Assembly: GCA_018657385.1 (NCBI GenBank)
Contig: JABHXF010000029.1
Location: 4,214-68,213 of the forward strand
Source: Candidatus Woesearchaeota archaeon
GTDB taxonomy: Archaea > Nanobdellota > Nanobdellia > Woesearchaeales > DSVV01
Length of the DNA: 64,000 nucleotides
Direction: 5' to 3'
The position numbers and the translations under genes were made by a program. Shown here one piece after another: positions 25,118 to 34,006 of the stretch (the first letter of the stretch is position 1; every line of letters starts with the position of its first letter). The notes below the pieces were generated by a model. The model searched no databases. It was not told the origin of the DNA and saw only the letters and a list, made by a program, of their open reading frames with translations.

Positions 25118-25251
25118 CAGAAAACAATGTGCCAACTGAATCTCCTTACTGAAGGTTTGTTGGGGGTGTCTAGATCTGAATTTTAGATCTAAGCTTCAGT
25201 TTATTAGTTAAAACAGTTGTTATGCACATAAGTATGAATTATTTTATGTAC

Positions 25252-25542
25252 TTACAACATTCCATGAAGTTCTTCTTCATCAATTAAGGCTGTTCTTTTA
25301 CTATAATTTAAATTCCAAACCCTAAAAAATTGTGTTAGTTCTTCATCATATACATATGGGACAAGTAATACTCCTTTTCCAATATGTTGTATTTTTGCTT
25401 TTTTGGCAATACCAGATTTACCATCTCTACCTTTTAAAGCATAATAAAATCTGATTTTGTCTTTTTTTTGTAAGTTTTTGCTGGAAAATGAATATATCAC
25501 CATCTTTTCCCCGCGTTTAATGAAATTATTATAACTGTACAT
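25252..25542 (-). CDS. Hypothetical 96-aa protein, probably a leaderless mRNA, flanked by palindromic operators
   Basis: The ATG at 25542 lies about 25-30 nt downstream of the minus-strand TATA CTTTAAATAG (25566-75). No domain recognised. Confidence 0.55.
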   Translation of the reverse strand: MYSYNNFIKRGEKMVIYSFSSKNLQKKDKIRFYYALKGRDGKSGIAKKAKIQHIGKGVLLVPYVYDEELTQFFRVWNLNYSKRTALIDEEELHGML

Positions 25543-25559
25543 GTTAGCTTGATTAACAT
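25541..25559. promoter_or_regulatory. Operator-like palindrome, site 1: ATGTTAG-CTTGA-TTAACAT
   Basis: 7-bp arms (6 of 7 complementary) with a 5-bp spacer. Overlaps the start codon and presumed TSS of the 96-aa gene. Confidence 0.55.
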
Positions 25560-25580
25560 TACTCCTATTTAAAGTTTTTC

Positions 25581-25599
25581 ATGTTAATCTACTTAACAT
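25581..25599. promoter_or_regulatory. Operator-like palindrome, site 2: ATGTTAA-TCTAC-TTAACAT
   Basis: Perfect 7-bp inverted arms, 40 bp from site 1 and immediately upstream of the TATA at 25566-75. Confidence 0.6.
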
Positions 25600-25654
25600 A
25601 TGATTTATTTATTATTAATAATTAAGTTAACCCCAACGCTTTAAATGAACTAAT

Positions 25655-25673
25655 CTGTTAATTTACTTAACAT
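25655..25673. promoter_or_regulatory. Operator-like palindrome, site 3: CTGTTAA-TTTAC-TTAACAT
   Basis: Identical to site 2 at 17 of 19 positions. Degenerate GTTAAC-type words continue to about 25860. Confidence 0.55.
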
Positions 25674-25919
25674 AATATTTGAAATATTATATAAATCTTT
25701 TGATTTTTTTTCATTTTTTATTTATTTTTGTTAGTTAATATAATGAAAAAATAGTTATGGCTATTTTTTGTTAACTTAGTTATCATGTTTTTTATTTATT
25801 GATGTTATTTAATTAACAAATATCTGTTATTTGATATGATTCGTTAACTTAACTAACTATATTTTGTTAAAAAAGCTATGAAAAAGTTTATATTGTAGAT
25901 TATTTATACTTATTTTACC

Positions 25920-26612
25920 ATGAGATACAATGATGTTACTGTAATTATTCCTACATTTAATGAAGAAAAAAACATAGGTGTATTAATAAAAAAATTAAGT
26001 AAATTATTTTCAAATATTAAGATAATTGTAAGTGATGACGGCTCAAAAGATAGAACTCAAGAAGTTGTTGTAGAATGTACAAATGAAAATGTTACTTTAT
26101 TAGATAGATCTAAAAAACCAGTAAAAGGATTAACAGTTAGTGTGATGGATGCTATTGTCAAATGCAAAACTGAATTTTTTGTAGTTATAGATGCTGATTT
26201 TCAACATCCACCAAATAAGATTAAAGAAATAATAGATAAATTAAGAGAAGATAATGATCTTGTTATTGGAAATAGAATAAAAATTCATGGCGACTGGGGC
26301 GTACATCGTTTAATTATATCTGAAACTGCTTATTTCTTAGGTAATTTAAGGTTGTTAAAAAAGAAATTTCCAAAATCTGATTTGATGAGTGGTTTTTTTG
26401 GTGCGAAAACAAAATTAGTTAATGAGATTATGATGAAAAATCATAAAAAGTTTGAATTAAAGGGTTATAAAATTTTATTTGATATTATGAAGTATCTTTC
26501 TCAAGATTCTAAAGTAAATAAAGTTGATTATGAGTTTGGTTTAAGAACAAGAGGAGAATCTAAACTTGATTGGAAAATAATGTATTATTATTTCAGATCT
26601 TTGTTTAAGTGA
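25920..26612 (+). CDS. GT2 glycosyltransferase, dolichyl-phosphate hexose synthase-like
   Basis: VIIPTFNEEKNI, SDDGSKDRT and VIDADFQHPP are typical Dpm1/GtrB-type GT-A motifs. Confidence 0.85.
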   Translation: MRYNDVTVIIPTFNEEKNIGVLIKKLSKLFSNIKIIVSDDGSKDRTQEVVVECTNENVTLLDRSKKPVKGLTVSVMDAIVKCKTEFFVVIDADFQHPPNKIKEIIDKLREDNDLVIGNRIKIHGDWGVHRLIISETAYFLGNLRLLKKKFPKSDLMSGFFGAKTKLVNEIMMKNHKKFELKGYKILFDIMKYLSQDSKVNKVDYEFGLRTRGESKLDWKIMYYYFRSLFK

Positions 26613-26637
26613 TATAATGCAATAAAAAGTAAGAAAT

Positions 26638-28173
26638 TCAATCCTTTACATAATAAATACTTTTAACTTCTTCATATTTCTTTTCAAAAGCTAATTTTAA
26701 ATTATTATTTGGAGCTTCTCTAATTTTATCAAATAATGCTGGTCTTAACTGTTCTTCACATTCCATATTAAAGCATACAAATGGACCGGGGATAAAGATA
26801 ACTGCTGAAACCTCTTTAGCTAAACTTGGATTGTCCATCCATCTGCTGTATGTTTTATGGCCATCTTCGACAGAATCATAATAAGGAACAATCTTTATAT
26901 CAGAATAAGCAACATGAACTGGATCCGCTGTTAATATTAAACCTTTGTAATCATCAGGAAAGAATTTGTAATATTCGTCTACAATTGGTGGTTTTTCAGT
27001 TGGAAACTTATTAAAACTATTGTAGTCTTCATGTAATGATGATGTTATTGAAATGATTGAAAATATTAACAATAGCATTAATGGTAAAATTCTTAACCAG
27101 TGTTCTTTAGTAACTGTTTCAGTTGTTCTTATTCTTTCAATTGTATAATATATTCCATAACCTGCAAGAATTGCAATGAATGGAAGGAAAGATAAACTAA
27201 ATCTTAATTGTTTATTTGTTAAGTAAGTAAAATATGCAAGGAAAATTATTAATGAAATAGGGATAATTGAATCTCTAACAATGTTTTTAGATTTTTTCAA
27301 GATGAAATATGTTAAGATAAAACCTAGTATGGAAAATATTAGAAAATAATTCTGAATTATTAAATTAAAGGGGTAATAAAATAAGTTTGATATGGTTTCA
27401 TGTATTGCATGTACTAAATTCTCACCATGTGAAGATGCTTGTAAGAATGGATATAGAAATGATTTGTACTTGTAGTAATTAAATGCAAATGAAGCAACAA
27501 CTAATGGTAAAAATCCAAGTATATATTTAATAGCGTTCTTTAAGTAAGGTGAATTTGCCTTAATTTTCTTTTTGAAGGGACCTTTTACTAACATAAACTC
27601 TACAAACAATGTAGCTAAACAACAAATAAAAACTAAACCATTTGGATATCTAAAAATAAAAGCTAATGATGTTGCAATACCTGCATATACATAATATTTT
27701 CTAATAAATAAATAAATAGCTAATAAAATAAAGAATGTTGAAGGTATTCCAGTCATTAATCTTAAACTATTATAAAAAAATACTGGGGTTATTGCATATA
27801 TGATTGTGCTGAATAGTGCAGTTTGTTTATTGAATATATGTTTTGAGATGTTGTATACAAGGAAAATTGTTCCAGTTGCAAATATTAATTCAACTATTCT
27901 TCCCCACAATATTGGGTTTAGGCCAAGTTTCCACACTAAACCAAATAAAAACGGAATTCCTAATGGTCTTATGTTTTCCCATAATCCTATTTTTCCTAAA
28001 GAAAAAATGTATTTTCCTATTCCAATGTAAACTGCTTCATCCCATAATACAAAATGAAACTTGTAAATCATATGTAAGATATATGTAATTATAAATATAG
28101 CTGCGATTGCATACAACAAATTAATTCTACTATACCATTTGATTTCTTTTTTAATTTGCTTATATCTTTCCAT
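26638..28173 (-). CDS. GT-C fold glycosyltransferase (ArnT/PMT, GT39/GT83-like)
   Basis: About 11 TM helices with an acidic motif in the first extracytoplasmic loop (VLWDEAVY), plus a C-terminal soluble domain. Confidence 0.7.
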   Translation of the reverse strand: MERYKQIKKEIKWYSRINLLYAIAAIFIITYILHMIYKFHFVLWDEAVYIGIGKYIFSLGKIGLWENIRPLGIPFLFGLVWKLGLNPILWGRIVELIFATGTIFLVYNISKHIFNKQTALFSTIIYAITPVFFYNSLRLMTGIPSTFFILLAIYLFIRKYYVYAGIATSLAFIFRYPNGLVFICCLATLFVEFMLVKGPFKKKIKANSPYLKNAIKYILGFLPLVVASFAFNYYKYKSFLYPFLQASSHGENLVHAIHETISNLFYYPFNLIIQNYFLIFSILGFILTYFILKKSKNIVRDSIIPISLIIFLAYFTYLTNKQLRFSLSFLPFIAILAGYGIYYTIERIRTTETVTKEHWLRILPLMLLLIFSIISITSSLHEDYNSFNKFPTEKPPIVDEYYKFFPDDYKGLILTADPVHVAYSDIKIVPYYDSVEDGHKTYSRWMDNPSLAKEVSAVIFIPGPFVCFNMECEEQLRPALFDKIREAPNNNLKLAFEKKYEEVKSIYYVKD

Positions 28174-28189
28174 TTTTTCTTCTTATGTC

Positions 28190-28282
28190 AATACTGCGCT
28201 TCGTGGCATTATTATTAATTTCTCATTCTCACAATTTTAGTTTTCTTTCAAATATTTAACAAAGACTTCGCTAGGCAGTATT
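28190..28282. repeat. Element E: 8-bp terminal inverted repeat AATACTGC/GCAGTATT, each arm next to a CTTCG block, enclosing about 77 nt of mostly AT-rich sequence
   Basis: CAATACTGCGCTTCGTGGCA (left) and GACTTCGCTAGGCAGTATTAG (right). Located in the 126-nt gap between two minus-strand genes. Confidence 0.4.
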
Positions 28283-28299
28283 AGCACAATAGCTGGTCT

Positions 28300-30507
28300 T
28301 TATTTAAAGATAGGATTAACATCACCAAATGTTGTTTGTTCAGGGAATTCTTCTAATAATAAGTAACCATAAGGATATGGCATTGAATGAAATAAAATAG
28401 CTCTATTTAATCTTGAACTTTCTAACCATGATTTAAGTTTTTCATAATCATATGAATTATAAACTCTTGTTGCTATTGCTTTTGCATTATGAAGTCTAGC
28501 TGCTCCTACTATTTTATCCATTTGATTGAAATCATTCATTGTAACATAAATTAAATTAAGATCTATGCTTTTAGATAATTCATTAAAATAATTTGCAGGT
28601 GTTTGATAATACCATAATGCATAAGGTGTATTAGATGCATTTGTTACAATTATCTTCTCATTAACCTTTATGTTTAAAGGTCTGTTACCAACTAATGCTG
28701 TTTTTTCATTACCATTATCAATTATTTTTATTGGTGGGGATGGTAGTAAACTTGAATTTTTACCAAGAGCAAGATAACTATATTTATCAGGGAAACAAAT
28801 TACATTTTTTCCTTTTTCAGATAAATATAATGCTGCCTTAACTTTTGCAGGATGATCGCAACAACCTATCACAATAGATGCATTTTTTCTTATGGATTGT
28901 TCAACTAACATATTTATTCCATGTGTATCAATAATAATCGCAATATCTTTTCTTAAAAATCTTGTTGTTGGATAAAGTATTTTATCAATCGGTACCTCAA
29001 ACATAAATTTTCCATTTTCATTTGGTGCATACCATTTTTCGTCTTTTTTAATAACAATTGTACCTGTTGCTAAATCATTATTTGCCCCTGATTCTTTCAA
29101 TAATTCAATTCTGGCACCTTCATGCCATCCTATTTCTTCTTTTAATTCATCTTTATCATATGTTAACTTTTCAGAAAACACTCTTAATAATTTTTCAGAA
29201 AATGGTGATTGGATTTGCATGCCTAGCCAATCTCTTGTTGTTCTATCAACTTGAGAAATAATTAAGTCTTCATTTGTTACTATTAATGATGATTTTCCTA
29301 AAACTAATCTACTTGGGAAAGTAGTATTAAAATTATTTATTTTTAATGTTTGTTCTGATTGTAGTACTGTTTTATCAAATTCTATTGGTAATGGTTTGTT
29401 ATAAGCAAGTGCATAGTCAATTTTTGCTCTATTTTTATTCCCTACTTTTTCCCATGATTTAGCTGCAAGCTCTAAAAATGCTCGTTTATTTCTGCCACAA
29501 CCTACTGCAGCAGTTGATTCATAAATTAATGCTTTTAATTCTTCATTTTCTGTTTCTAAAGCAGCTTGATCATAATATTGTAATGAATCACAAATTATAG
29601 ATGTATTTTTACTTAACCTTCCAATTAAATATCTTAGCTCAGCCTTTATTAATGAGTTCTTTGTATTTTGGGTGTTAGTTTTTTCATTATTAATTTTTTT
29701 AGTAATAGTGATTTTTGTATTGTCTAATTCATTTAATTGTTCTTGAAGTTCTTTAACATATTCTGTTTTGTTTACACTAATACTCTTAAACAAATAATCA
29801 AAATCATAATGTTTTGCATATTTGTCTGTTGTACTATTTCTTATTATTTCTCTAATGGTTGCATTAATTTCTCCACCATATTTGAATTCATCAATTTTTA
29901 AATTATTTATAATCATTGTTGGTGCTTTAGTCACATTATGTCTATTAACTAAAGCTGGGACTAATGGTTCATCTTCATAATCCTTATCTAATGAAAGAAC
30001 AACAACATTATTTGGATGTGATTTACTAATATCTTCTAATACATAACCTTGGGTTATGCTTTCTCCATGATCTCTTTTATAAAAAAATATTATTGTAACA
30101 TAATTAGTGTCACATTCTTGGTTAAGTTTTGTGATTAAACTGAAAAATTCTAGCTCTAATAAAAAATAATGTCTTTTTAAATAATCAAAATCAACTGTTT
30201 TAAACATACTTTTGCCACCATAATTTGTTAAGGCAATACCTACTTTATGAACATCCATTTTAAGGTCATTAAAACGTTGATTCATGACTGCACACTTATC
30301 AGCACCAATTGAATCAATGAAGTCTTGTTGAAGATAAAATGCAGCCTTATCAACCTCATGTGTTTCAATTGTTCTTGATATTTCATCCATTCTGTAAAAA
30401 TCTAAAACATAGCTGGCTAATAACCCTATTACAAATATCAGAATTGTTAAAATCAAACTAGTTACAAATATTTTTCTTTTTATTTGTTCTTTATTATCAA
30501 TTGCCAT
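28300..30507 (-). CDS. Hypothetical 735-aa membrane-anchored extracytoplasmic protein
   Basis: A single N-terminal TM helix. The first 200 aa or so are paralogous in pattern to the adjacent 210-aa protein (C..., then VTIIFFYKRD, then PTMIIN, giving a thioredoxin-fold-like layout without CxxC). Confidence 0.6.
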   Translation of the reverse strand: MAIDNKEQIKRKIFVTSLILTILIFVIGLLASYVLDFYRMDEISRTIETHEVDKAAFYLQQDFIDSIGADKCAVMNQRFNDLKMDVHKVGIALTNYGGKSMFKTVDFDYLKRHYFLLELEFFSLITKLNQECDTNYVTIIFFYKRDHGESITQGYVLEDISKSHPNNVVVLSLDKDYEDEPLVPALVNRHNVTKAPTMIINNLKIDEFKYGGEINATIREIIRNSTTDKYAKHYDFDYLFKSISVNKTEYVKELQEQLNELDNTKITITKKINNEKTNTQNTKNSLIKAELRYLIGRLSKNTSIICDSLQYYDQAALETENEELKALIYESTAAVGCGRNKRAFLELAAKSWEKVGNKNRAKIDYALAYNKPLPIEFDKTVLQSEQTLKINNFNTTFPSRLVLGKSSLIVTNEDLIISQVDRTTRDWLGMQIQSPFSEKLLRVFSEKLTYDKDELKEEIGWHEGARIELLKESGANNDLATGTIVIKKDEKWYAPNENGKFMFEVPIDKILYPTTRFLRKDIAIIIDTHGINMLVEQSIRKNASIVIGCCDHPAKVKAALYLSEKGKNVICFPDKYSYLALGKNSSLLPSPPIKIIDNGNEKTALVGNRPLNIKVNEKIIVTNASNTPYALWYYQTPANYFNELSKSIDLNLIYVTMNDFNQMDKIVGAARLHNAKAIATRVYNSYDYEKLKSWLESSRLNRAILFHSMPYPYGYLLLEEFPEQTTFGDVNPIFK

Positions 30508-30543
30508 ATTATTTTTTCCTTTTATGTTTTTTTTTTAAATTAA

Positions 30544-31176
30544 TTATGATATTAAATTAACTATGTTTGAATAACTTGTTAGGTCATTATTAATTTTATC
30601 AAAGTTAATTACAACTGCAGGTGGTTCTTCGATTCCATAATAATTTTCTAAAAATGTTAACTCACTAGTATAATTATATTCAATTGCAAATACATTTACT
30701 GAATATTTTTTAACAACTTCATCTAATATTTTACCTTGTTCTTTTGATTTTGGGTTATTTCTGCCATAATAAAATAATATGACTTGTTCATCTGTTTCAC
30801 AATTTTCTTCTAATGAATGATAAAGTAAGTAAGTTCTTATTTGCATTAAATGAAATTTTTTTTTCAATAGGATATAAGTATCTTTTCCTAAATTTTTTTT
30901 AGCATCATCTTTACCTAACATAATTCCTAAATTATATAATTCATTAGATAATGAGGTGATTCTTTCTTCAGCTAAGCTGCAATCTTGAGTTATACCAATT
31001 AATTCTTGTTCAACAAGAAAGCTTTCAGTATTAAGTTCAAGATGCTTCATAAATCTATTAATATCTCCTTGTTCTTTAGTTTCAATGTATTTCCCCAATA
31101 ATATCCCTGCAAAAAAGGCAATTGCAACAAATAATATTATTATTAAATATGTTTTTTTTTTGTATCTTTTTTCCAT
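30544..31176 (-). CDS. Hypothetical 210-aa membrane-anchored protein (thioredoxin-fold-like, no CxxC)
   Basis: N-terminal TM helix, then VILFYYGRNNPKSKEQ...VNVFAIEY...PPAVVINF. Resembles the N-terminal part of the 735-aa neighbour. Confidence 0.55.
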   Translation of the reverse strand: MEKRYKKKTYLIIILFVAIAFFAGILLGKYIETKEQGDINRFMKHLELNTESFLVEQELIGITQDCSLAEERITSLSNELYNLGIMLGKDDAKKNLGKDTYILLKKKFHLMQIRTYLLYHSLEENCETDEQVILFYYGRNNPKSKEQGKILDEVVKKYSVNVFAIEYNYTSELTFLENYYGIEEPPAVVINFDKINNDLTSYSNIVNLIS

Positions 31177-31205
31177 TATGATCTCACCCTATTGAATCTT
31201 TTTAA

Positions 31206-32435
31206 TCACCATTTTTTTTTTGCTTTTAATAATTCTTCAAATATTGCTCCTAACCAATGTAATGCTGTTAATATTGGTAATAATATGAAAAATGCCCATA
31301 TTGTAAAAGGAAATTTAATTTTTTCTTTAACTTCTGTATGTGCTAAATAAAATATCAAAATACCTAAGAATAAAGCTATCCATACAGGAAACATAATCTT
31401 AATATTTTGTGTTAATATAATATCTTTTGGTTTAATAAAACTAAATATATGGGAAAAGAAAAATCCTTTAATTAACATGCTTCTTCTAATTAAATGGTAT
31501 ATGTTTATAATATTGCCATAACTTACAAATGCTACAGCAGCCACTAATAGTAATATCCCTATAATATTTAATGGCATTTGGAAATAGGCTAGTCTCCCAT
31601 ATTTTTTGTTTAGAAACATTTTATGGTACTTTCTATGGCTTTCTACAAAGCCCCGATACCATCTAACTCTTTGTCTCCATAATTTTTTGAAATTATTTGG
31701 AACATAAGTATAAGTTTTTGCACTTGTTTCAATTTCAATATCATAACCATAAAATTTTAATCGCATTGCAATTTCAAAATCTTCTGTTAAGGTTTCATTA
31801 TCAAATCCACCTACTTTTTGTAATATTTTTGTTTTGTATACACTTAATACACCTGGAGTAACACTTAATGTATTGATAAATGCCATTAACTTTCTAGTCA
31901 TAATAGCTAATAAATATTCCATTCTTTGAAGCTTTTCATATAAATTTTTAGGTTCAATAACATGAATTGCAGTAATTGTTGCAGCAACTTTTGGATTATC
32001 AAAATGATGTAACATTCTTTTTAATGAATCTGGTTCAACATAAGAATCTGCATCTAAACATGCAAATAAATTAGTTTTACATTTTTCAAGAACTATATTC
32101 AATGCTTTAGCTTTTCCTTCATTTTTTTTACTAATAAATTTAAAATTATGTTTTTTAGATAAGCTCTGAACAATTTTCTTTGTGTTGTCAGTTGAACCAT
32201 CATCTATAACAACAATGTTTAATTTGTTTTTTGGATATTCTAATTTTAAAGCAGTTAGAATTGTTTTTTCAATTGCTTTTTCTTCATTAAATGCAGGAAT
32301 AGCAATTGTAATTTTGGGGTAATTTTTAATTTCTACTGGCTTTTTTTCATAAAGGTAAAGAAAACTAATCCATACTATTGTAATGTATAATGAAATAAAT
32401 ACTATGATTGAAACAATTACACCAGTTAGTAACAT
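31206..32435 (-). CDS. Processive family-2 glycosyltransferase (PgaC/cellulose/chitin-synthase-like)
   Basis: IAIPAFNEE, IDDGSTD, DADSY, TEDFE and QRVRWYRG (the D,D,D,QxxRW signature), with TM helices at both ends. Confidence 0.85.
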   Translation of the reverse strand: MLLTGVIVSIIVFISLYITIVWISFLYLYEKKPVEIKNYPKITIAIPAFNEEKAIEKTILTALKLEYPKNKLNIVVIDDGSTDNTKKIVQSLSKKHNFKFISKKNEGKAKALNIVLEKCKTNLFACLDADSYVEPDSLKRMLHHFDNPKVAATITAIHVIEPKNLYEKLQRMEYLLAIMTRKLMAFINTLSVTPGVLSVYKTKILQKVGGFDNETLTEDFEIAMRLKFYGYDIEIETSAKTYTYVPNNFKKLWRQRVRWYRGFVESHRKYHKMFLNKKYGRLAYFQMPLNIIGILLLVAAVAFVSYGNIINIYHLIRRSMLIKGFFFSHIFSFIKPKDIILTQNIKIMFPVWIALFLGILIFYLAHTEVKEKIKFPFTIWAFFILLPILTALHWLGAIFEELLKAKKKW

Positions 32436-32507
32436 TTTTACCCCTTTTCTTATTAATTTTTTTTTAATTATTTATTTTCTTAATCAATCATATGTTATTT
32501 TATTATA

Positions 32508-33977
32508 TCATTGATTTATTCTTTGGTATTCCCATATCTCAACATATGGGCTATGGTAAACAATTTTGAATCTTTCTGAATTTTCCAATAAAAATAATAG
32601 TCCTTGGCTTTCCTTATACCATACTAATCCATTTTTCATTTCTTTTGTAATTAAAATATGATTAATTTGATATTTATCTAATAATTTTGTTACTTCTTTT
32701 AATGATCTCGATTGAAATATTGTATCAACTATATTAATAAAATAATCATAATCTTCAATAAAATCATAATCTGAATCAATTAAAACCTTTGAATGAGAAT
32801 AATATTTTATAATATGTCCATAATCTTGATGTGTAAGGATAATAGTGTCAGGATATTTTTCTTTTATAAAATCTAAACCTTCTAATAACTCTGGTGTTGG
32901 CGATATACTTGAAACTCTTTTAGAATACGAAATCCCTGAAAATATTAAGCCAAGGATAATAATAAAAATAGTGAATTTTTTAATTATTCCTAATTCCCAT
33001 TTCATTTCAAACAGATGTATAAAACCAAGTCCTGCAAAAATCATTACGATAAAATTAAGATATGGCATATATGCAGGGAAAAGATATGAAAAGACTATAA
33101 ATAAGATTAATGAAAAATAAAGAATGATATAATCTTTAGTGTATTTGTCTTTCCATGTTTTTATGATTCCAAAAACAAGTAAGATTAATGAAAAAATACC
33201 AAATCCTACTTTGCTTCCTAAATCAGCGATATAATATTGAAATAGATTTTCTTGTGGTAATTGAATCTTAATAAAACCATAGATAAAATAAATAGGGATA
33301 TTATATAATAATGAAATTCCCATCATGAAAACAGATAATATTGATACAAATCTAAAATCCTTATATGTCTTGAACTCATAAACCATTATTATTAGAATAG
33401 CTATTAATGTATGGAATATTGAGAAAAATGATAAGACTAAATATGGGATAACTGATAAATATTTGTATTTGGTTGTTTTTGTATACAAATAAAATCCCAA
33501 TAATTGGAGGAATATTATAAAGAATGTTTGATCTGGGATTAGAAAAGTGTTTAGAAATAATGGTGATAAAACTAATATCATCATTATTGCAAATCTTTGA
33601 AAATATAAAAATTTGAATCTTTTAAGGATAGCATTGAATATTATTGCAGATAAAATTCCTAATAATAATGATAATACCATAATTGCGGCATTAATTGGTA
33701 TTATTTTTCCTAGTAAATTAATTAACATATGGAATGGCGTAATAATATTAGCTCTTGATGGTAAAATTAAAGGGTCATTTACAATTTTAGAATGTAAAAA
33801 AGAATATTCTTGTGTAACTTCTGCTAAACTTAAATGATTATAAATTTTATCTCCGGGAATAAGAAGTGTATCTTGTGTAAGATATCTTATTACATACGGG
33901 AATAATAATAATAATATTACAACTGCTAAAATATAATAATTGTAATTTTTTTGTTTGATATGTTTTTTTAATTCCAT
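32508..33977 (-). CDS. Polytopic membrane protein with a C-terminal soluble domain (possible GT-C glycosyltransferase)
   Basis: 489 aa with more than 10 TM helices and a roughly 130-aa soluble tail. Sits in the glycan cluster. No WWDYG-type AglB motif seen. Confidence 0.6.
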   Translation of the reverse strand: MELKKHIKQKNYNYYILAVVILLLLFPYVIRYLTQDTLLIPGDKIYNHLSLAEVTQEYSFLHSKIVNDPLILPSRANIITPFHMLINLLGKIIPINAAIMVLSLLLGILSAIIFNAILKRFKFLYFQRFAIMMILVLSPLFLNTFLIPDQTFFIIFLQLLGFYLYTKTTKYKYLSVIPYLVLSFFSIFHTLIAILIIMVYEFKTYKDFRFVSILSVFMMGISLLYNIPIYFIYGFIKIQLPQENLFQYYIADLGSKVGFGIFSLILLVFGIIKTWKDKYTKDYIILYFSLILFIVFSYLFPAYMPYLNFIVMIFAGLGFIHLFEMKWELGIIKKFTIFIIILGLIFSGISYSKRVSSISPTPELLEGLDFIKEKYPDTIILTHQDYGHIIKYYSHSKVLIDSDYDFIEDYDYFINIVDTIFQSRSLKEVTKLLDKYQINHILITKEMKNGLVWYKESQGLLFLLENSERFKIVYHSPYVEIWEYQRINQ

Positions 33978-34006
33978 TTTTTATAGTTGTAATCTAATTC
34001 ATATTT

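Noticed and set aside
25252-25542. The 96-aa protein has a beta-alpha-beta-beta-alpha-beta-looking pattern reminiscent of Cas2/VapD.
   Set aside because: This is pattern-level only. There are no conserved catalytic residues I can point to, no CRISPR array and no cas1 nearby.
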